Source: Candidatus Saccharimonadota bacterium (GTDB lineage Bacteria > Pseudomonadota > Gammaproteobacteria > Enterobacterales > Enterobacteriaceae). Taken from it: a stretch of 32,000 nucleotides of DNA. Position 1 is the stretch's first letter, and every line of letters begins with the position of its first letter. The stretch spans positions 30,819 through 62,818 of the forward strand of contig NZ_CP046222.1 in assembly GCF_012571795.1 (NCBI RefSeq). The letters run 5' to 3'. The position numbers and the translations under genes are program-made. This document shows positions 28,534 to 32,000 of the stretch, piece by piece. The notes beneath the pieces are model-generated. The model saw nothing but the letters and a program-made list of their open reading frames with translations. It made no database searches and was not told where the DNA came from.

Positions 28534-28884
28534 ATGAACTATTTAAAAAATAATCAATTAATTACATTCACTAAACAAGCTATTAATAAAATTAATTTTT
28601 TTATATTAAATAATAATAATTTTAAAACAAAATTCAGAATATTTATTGTAGGTGGTGGATGTAATGGTTTTCAATATAAATTTATGTTAGATAATAAAAT
28701 TAATGAACAAGATGTAATTATTAAAATATATAAACAATTTTCTATTATTACAGATAAAATTAGTATCCAATATTTATTTGGTAGTTGTATTGATTATGTT
28801 GAAAATATAAATGAATCTAAATTTATAGTCAAAAATCCTCAAGCAAAAATTACTTGCAATTGTGGTTCTTCTTTTGATATTTAA
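28534..28884 (+). CDS. erpA: Iron-sulfur cluster insertion protein ErpA (A-type carrier)
   Basis: 116 aa. GGGCNGFQYKF, QYLFGSCIDYVE and FIVKNPQAKITCNCGSSFDI parallel E. coli ErpA GGGCSGFQYGF...NPNAKSTCGCGSSFSI. The three cluster-ligand cysteines are retained. Confidence 0.9.
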   Translation: MNYLKNNQLITFTKQAINKINFFILNNNNFKTKFRIFIVGGGCNGFQYKFMLDNKINEQDVIIKIYKQFSIITDKISIQYLFGSCIDYVENINESKFIVKNPQAKITCNCGSSFDI

Positions 28885-28919
28885 CATAAAATTATTTAAA
28901 ATTTATGAGGTTATATATT

Positions 28920-29618
28920 ATGTCTAATAAATTAGTTTTAATAAGACATGGACAAAGTCAATGGAATAAAGAAAATCTTTTTACAGGATGGCATGATGTT
29001 GATTTATCAGAAGAAGGGAAAATAGAAGCTATAGAAGCTGGTAAAATATTAAAAAATTATAATTTTACATTTGATTATGCATATACTTCTGTATTAAAAA
29101 GAGCAATATATACTTTATGGTTAACTTTAAAAGAATTAAATCAAATGTGGATACCTATAATAAAAACATGGCAACTCAATGAAAGACATTATGGTGCATT
29201 ACAAGGTATGAATAAGGATCAGATTGCAGAAAAATATGGTATAAAACAAGTACAAAAATGGAGACGTAGTTTTAATATTAATCCACCAGAATTAACAATA
29301 GATGATCCTAGATGTCCAAGATATGATTCTAAATACTCTAAATTAGAAGATTATGAATTACCATTAACAGAAAGTTTAGCTACTACTTTAACAAGAGTAG
29401 TAAAAATATGGAATGATCACATTATTCATAAAATAAATAATGGTGAAAGAGTTTTAATTGTAGCACATGGTAATTCTTTACGAGCTTTAATTAAACATAT
29501 CGAACAAATTAGTGATAATGATATTATTAATTTAAATATACCAACAGGTATACCTATAATTTGCGAGTTTAATAGTCATATGCAATTTAAAAAACGATTT
29601 TATTTAAATAATATATGA
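28920..29618 (+). CDS. gpmA: 2,3-bisphosphoglycerate-dependent phosphoglycerate mutase
   Basis: ORF 28905..29618, trimmed to the ATG at 28920, which is preceded by GAGG (28907-28910) with a 9-nt spacer. [21 protein letters not shown] holds the catalytic [28 protein letters not shown]. It ends with TGA at 29616-29618 and is about 18 aa shorter than E. coli at the C-terminus. Confidence 0.95.
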   Translation: MSNKLVLIRHGQSQWNKENLFTGWHDVDLSEEGKIEAIEAGKILKNYNFTFDYAYTSVLKRAIYTLWLTLKELNQMWIPIIKTWQLNERHYGALQGMNKDQIAEKYGIKQVQKWRRSFNINPPELTIDDPRCPRYDSKYSKLEDYELPLTESLATTLTRVVKIWNDHIIHKINNGERVLIVAHGNSLRALIKHIEQISDNDIINLNIPTGIPIICEFNSHMQFKKRFYLNNI

Positions 29619-29629
29619 AAATAAATATA

Positions 29630-31744
29630 TTATTTTTCTGATTGTATAACAGTAGCTGCTATTGTATAAATTATATCTTCAACAGATGCACCTCTTGAAA
29701 GATCATTAACTGGTTGTTGTATGCCTTGTAAGATAGGTCCAATAGAGATTATATTTGATGATCTTTGTACAGCTTTATAAGTTGTATTGCCAGTATTTAA
29801 ATCAGGAAATATAATAACATTAGCTGTTCCAGCAATATTAGAATTTATAGCTTTATATTTTCCAATGTTTTTATCTACAGCTGCATCATATTGCAAAGGA
29901 CCATCAATTAAAATATGAGGATATTTTTTATGTACTAATTGAGTTGCTTTATATACTTTTTCAACTTCAATGCCTCTACTAGAATTACCTGTAGCATATG
30001 AAATCATAGCAATTTTAGGTTGAATATTAAAATATCTTGCAGTTTGTTCAGATTGAATTGCTATTTCTGCTAATTGTTTATAATTAGGATTAGGATTAAT
30101 AGCACAATCACTATATATTAATACTTTTGTTGGTAATAACATAAAAAATATAGATGATATTAAAGAATATTGTGTTGATGTCTTAATAATCTGTAATGCA
30201 GGTCTAATAGTATTAGCAGTAGTTGTACTAGCACCAGCTACAATACCATCTACTTGTTTTTCTTTTAACATCATAGTTGCTAAAACCATATTATCTAATA
30301 ATAATTTTTTTGCATCATAAATATTTAATCCTTTATGTTTTCTGATATCAACTAAAGCTTCAATATAATTATTACGAATTTTTGCAGGATCAATAATTTT
30401 AATATTATCATTAATTAATAAATGGTTTTTATTAATAATATTCAAAATTTCTGTAACATTGCCTAATAATATACATTTTGCAATATATTTTTCTCCACAT
30501 ATTAATGCTGCTTTAATAGTTCGTATTTCATTACCTTCTGGTAATAAAATAGTTTTATTCATTTTAGATGCTTTTTGTATTAGAAAATTTTTAAAAAATT
30601 CTGGAGAATCATAAGTATTATGTATAATATTTTTTTTATAAAAAATATTTTTAGGTATATATTTACTTAGATATTGAATAATTGGATTTAATAATTCTTC
30701 TTTTATAAAAATTGTATTATATATAGGAATTTTTTTTAACTTTTTATATAAGATCAAATTATTATCTGTTGTATAAGCAATATTAATATTTTTATTATAT
30801 ATAATCTGTTTTAATATAGTTTTATCATATTGAGAATTATGATTTATATCTGTTATTAAAAGATTTTTTATATATGTTGTATTAGATAATAAATCACATA
30901 TTTTTTGTATTAATTTATTATTTTTAATTGATAAAATAAATAAATATTTATTTGCATATTGTTCATTAAATATTAATTCTTCATATATAAACACAATATT
31001 TTTTATATTATATAAAAAATGTACATTTATATTATAACATGATAAATATTTATATATTTGTTTAATAGTTAAACCTAAAACATTATTTTTATTAAAAGGA
31101 ATATTATAAATATTAAATATATTATTTGTTTCTATAATATTTTCTTTATACAATTTTGTTTTGTGTTGTTTTAACAAATATTTTTTATTATATATATTAA
31201 AAAATAAATTATTATTAATATTAAAATTTTTAACAAAAATATATGTTTTATTAATATTAAAATCGTATATTTTATTCTTAAAAAGAATATTAATTTTTTT
31301 TATGATTAAATTATTGATTATATTATTTGGTTCAGCAGTAATAAATAATATTTCAACGCGAAAAATATTAGCAATTTTACAATTTAAATCAAAAATAAAT
31401 TGTTTTAAACATATTGGAAAAATGCCTTCTATAAAAATAATATCTGTATTATCTTTATGTTGAGAAAAATTTATAATTATATTTTGAATTATTTCATTAT
31501 ATTGATTAATATCATCAAACATATTAATGCTTTTAACTGATATAGATTTTATACATTCTATATTATAATTATTACTGATAACAGTTTGTGTTTTATTTAA
31601 ATTAAAATTTTCTATATAAGAAATAGGATTAAAAAACTTTAAATTATTATTATATGATTTGATATTTTTTATTAAACTAATATTAATATATTGAAAAAAA
31701 TCTATATCTATATCAACAGGTATTGACATAATAATTCTAACCAT
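29630..31744 (-). CDS. pta: Phosphate acetyltransferase, long enterobacterial-type form with an N-terminal regulatory region
   Basis: 704 aa against 714 in E. coli. The N-terminus MVRIIMSIP parallels MSRIIMLIP. The C-terminal ~325 aa are highly similar: LPEGNEIRTIKAA, TTANTIRPALQIIKT, DCAINPNP, DGPLQYDAA, FPDLNTGNTTYKAVQRS, PVNDLSRGA. It lies downstream of ackA. Confidence 0.95.
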   Translation of the reverse strand: MVRIIMSIPVDIDIDFFQYINISLIKNIKSYNNNLKFFNPISYIENFNLNKTQTVISNNYNIECIKSISVKSINMFDDINQYNEIIQNIIINFSQHKDNTDIIFIEGIFPICLKQFIFDLNCKIANIFRVEILFITAEPNNIINNLIIKKINILFKNKIYDFNINKTYIFVKNFNINNNLFFNIYNKKYLLKQHKTKLYKENIIETNNIFNIYNIPFNKNNVLGLTIKQIYKYLSCYNINVHFLYNIKNIVFIYEELIFNEQYANKYLFILSIKNNKLIQKICDLLSNTTYIKNLLITDINHNSQYDKTILKQIIYNKNINIAYTTDNNLILYKKLKKIPIYNTIFIKEELLNPIIQYLSKYIPKNIFYKKNIIHNTYDSPEFFKNFLIQKASKMNKTILLPEGNEIRTIKAALICGEKYIAKCILLGNVTEILNIINKNHLLINDNIKIIDPAKIRNNYIEALVDIRKHKGLNIYDAKKLLLDNMVLATMMLKEKQVDGIVAGASTTTANTIRPALQIIKTSTQYSLISSIFFMLLPTKVLIYSDCAINPNPNYKQLAEIAIQSEQTARYFNIQPKIAMISYATGNSSRGIEVEKVYKATQLVHKKYPHILIDGPLQYDAAVDKNIGKYKAINSNIAGTANVIIFPDLNTGNTTYKAVQRSSNIISIGPILQGIQQPVNDLSRGASVEDIIYTIAATVIQSEK

Positions 31745-31780
31745 AATTATATAATCCTATATTGTAATTTTTTTATGCAA

Positions 31781-32000
31781 TTATATTTTTAATATTTGTG
31801 CAGTATGTTGCGCTATAACTAATTCTTCATTAGTAGGAATAACCATTATTGGAATACTATCTTGTTCATTAATATAATTTATTTGCTTTTTTTGTACTTT
31901 TTGATTAAGTTCTTTATTTAATTTAAAATTTAATATTGATAATTTTTTTATAGTTTTTTCTCTTATTAATATACTATTTTCCCCAATTCCTCCAGTAAAT
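31781..32000 (-). CDS. ackA: Acetate kinase, C-terminal 72 codons; the gene continues past the right edge
   Basis: Absent from the ORF track because it is edge-truncated. My minus-strand translation reads FTGGIGENSILIREKTIKKLSILNFKLNKELNQ...IPIMVIPTNEELVIAQHTAQILKI, with the stop (TAA) at 31783-31781. FTGGIGENS and IPTNEELVIA are the conserved AckA C-terminal motifs. It is 36 nt upstream of pta. Confidence 0.88.
   Translation of the reverse strand, partial: FTGGIGENSILIREKTIKKLSILNFKLNKELNQKVQKKQINYINEQDSIPIMVIPTNEELVIAQHTAQILKI

Noticed and set aside
31161-31463. 100-aa plus-strand ORF inside pta
   Set aside because: It is antisense to the N-terminal half of pta. It is hydrophobic and low-complexity with no motif. 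It is a shadow ORF.
1-32000. Alternative genetic code (UGA read as Trp), as seen in some tiny AT-rich symbiont genomes
   Set aside because: All 30 genes are full length under the standard code with no internal TGA. Conserved Trp positions use TGG, for example in glyQ and ileS. TGA terminates gpmA at a sensible position.
1-32000. Search for tRNA or rRNA genes, CRISPR repeats, IS or transposase remnants, phage, toxin-antitoxin or defence genes
   Set aside because: Every spacer longer than 40 nt is nearly G/C-free and too short or too unstructured for a tRNA. I saw no spaced direct repeats. Every ORF over 100 aa is accounted for by a housekeeping orthologue.

Overview
This window is extremely AT-rich. 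Intergenic DNA is nearly free of G/C: I count about 23 G/C in the 347-nt ribD-leuA spacer. By my coordinates it is about 94% coding. I call 30 protein-coding genes, two of them cut by the window edges. All are full-length, I/N/K-rich orthologues of well-known Enterobacterales housekeeping and biosynthetic genes. In order they are: ligA', cysS, dnaB, dusA, der, hisS (-); tadA, glyA, yajL (+); nusB, ribH, ribD (-); leuA, leuB, leuC, leuD, adk, dapA (+); glyS, glyQ (-); fieF, pfkA, rplY (+); dapB, ileS (-); rpsT, erpA, gpmA (+); pta, ackA' (-). The content is translation and replication core, leucine, lysine and riboflavin biosynthesis, glycolysis and acetate overflow. Several blocks keep E. coli micro-synteny with the intervening genes deleted. 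Together with the composition, this points to the chromosome of a genome-reduced obligate nutritional endosymbiont of an insect (a Buchnera/Blochmannia-like gammaproteobacterium). I cannot assign a genus from sequence alone. I found no rRNA, tRNA, CRISPR array, IS or phage remnant, toxin-antitoxin or defence gene, no pseudogene with a visible frameshift, and no evidence for a non-standard genetic code. I do not see a novel multi-gene system here. The findings below are modest, checkable signs of reductive evolution: domain-specific decay in Der, LeuA, Pta and GpmA; apparent loss of leucine attenuation; non-ATG starts; slippage-prone poly(A) tracts; convergent genes with no terminator space; and new operon-like gene juxtapositions. 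All comparisons to E. coli proteins and gene order come from memory and by-eye alignment, not from a computed search.
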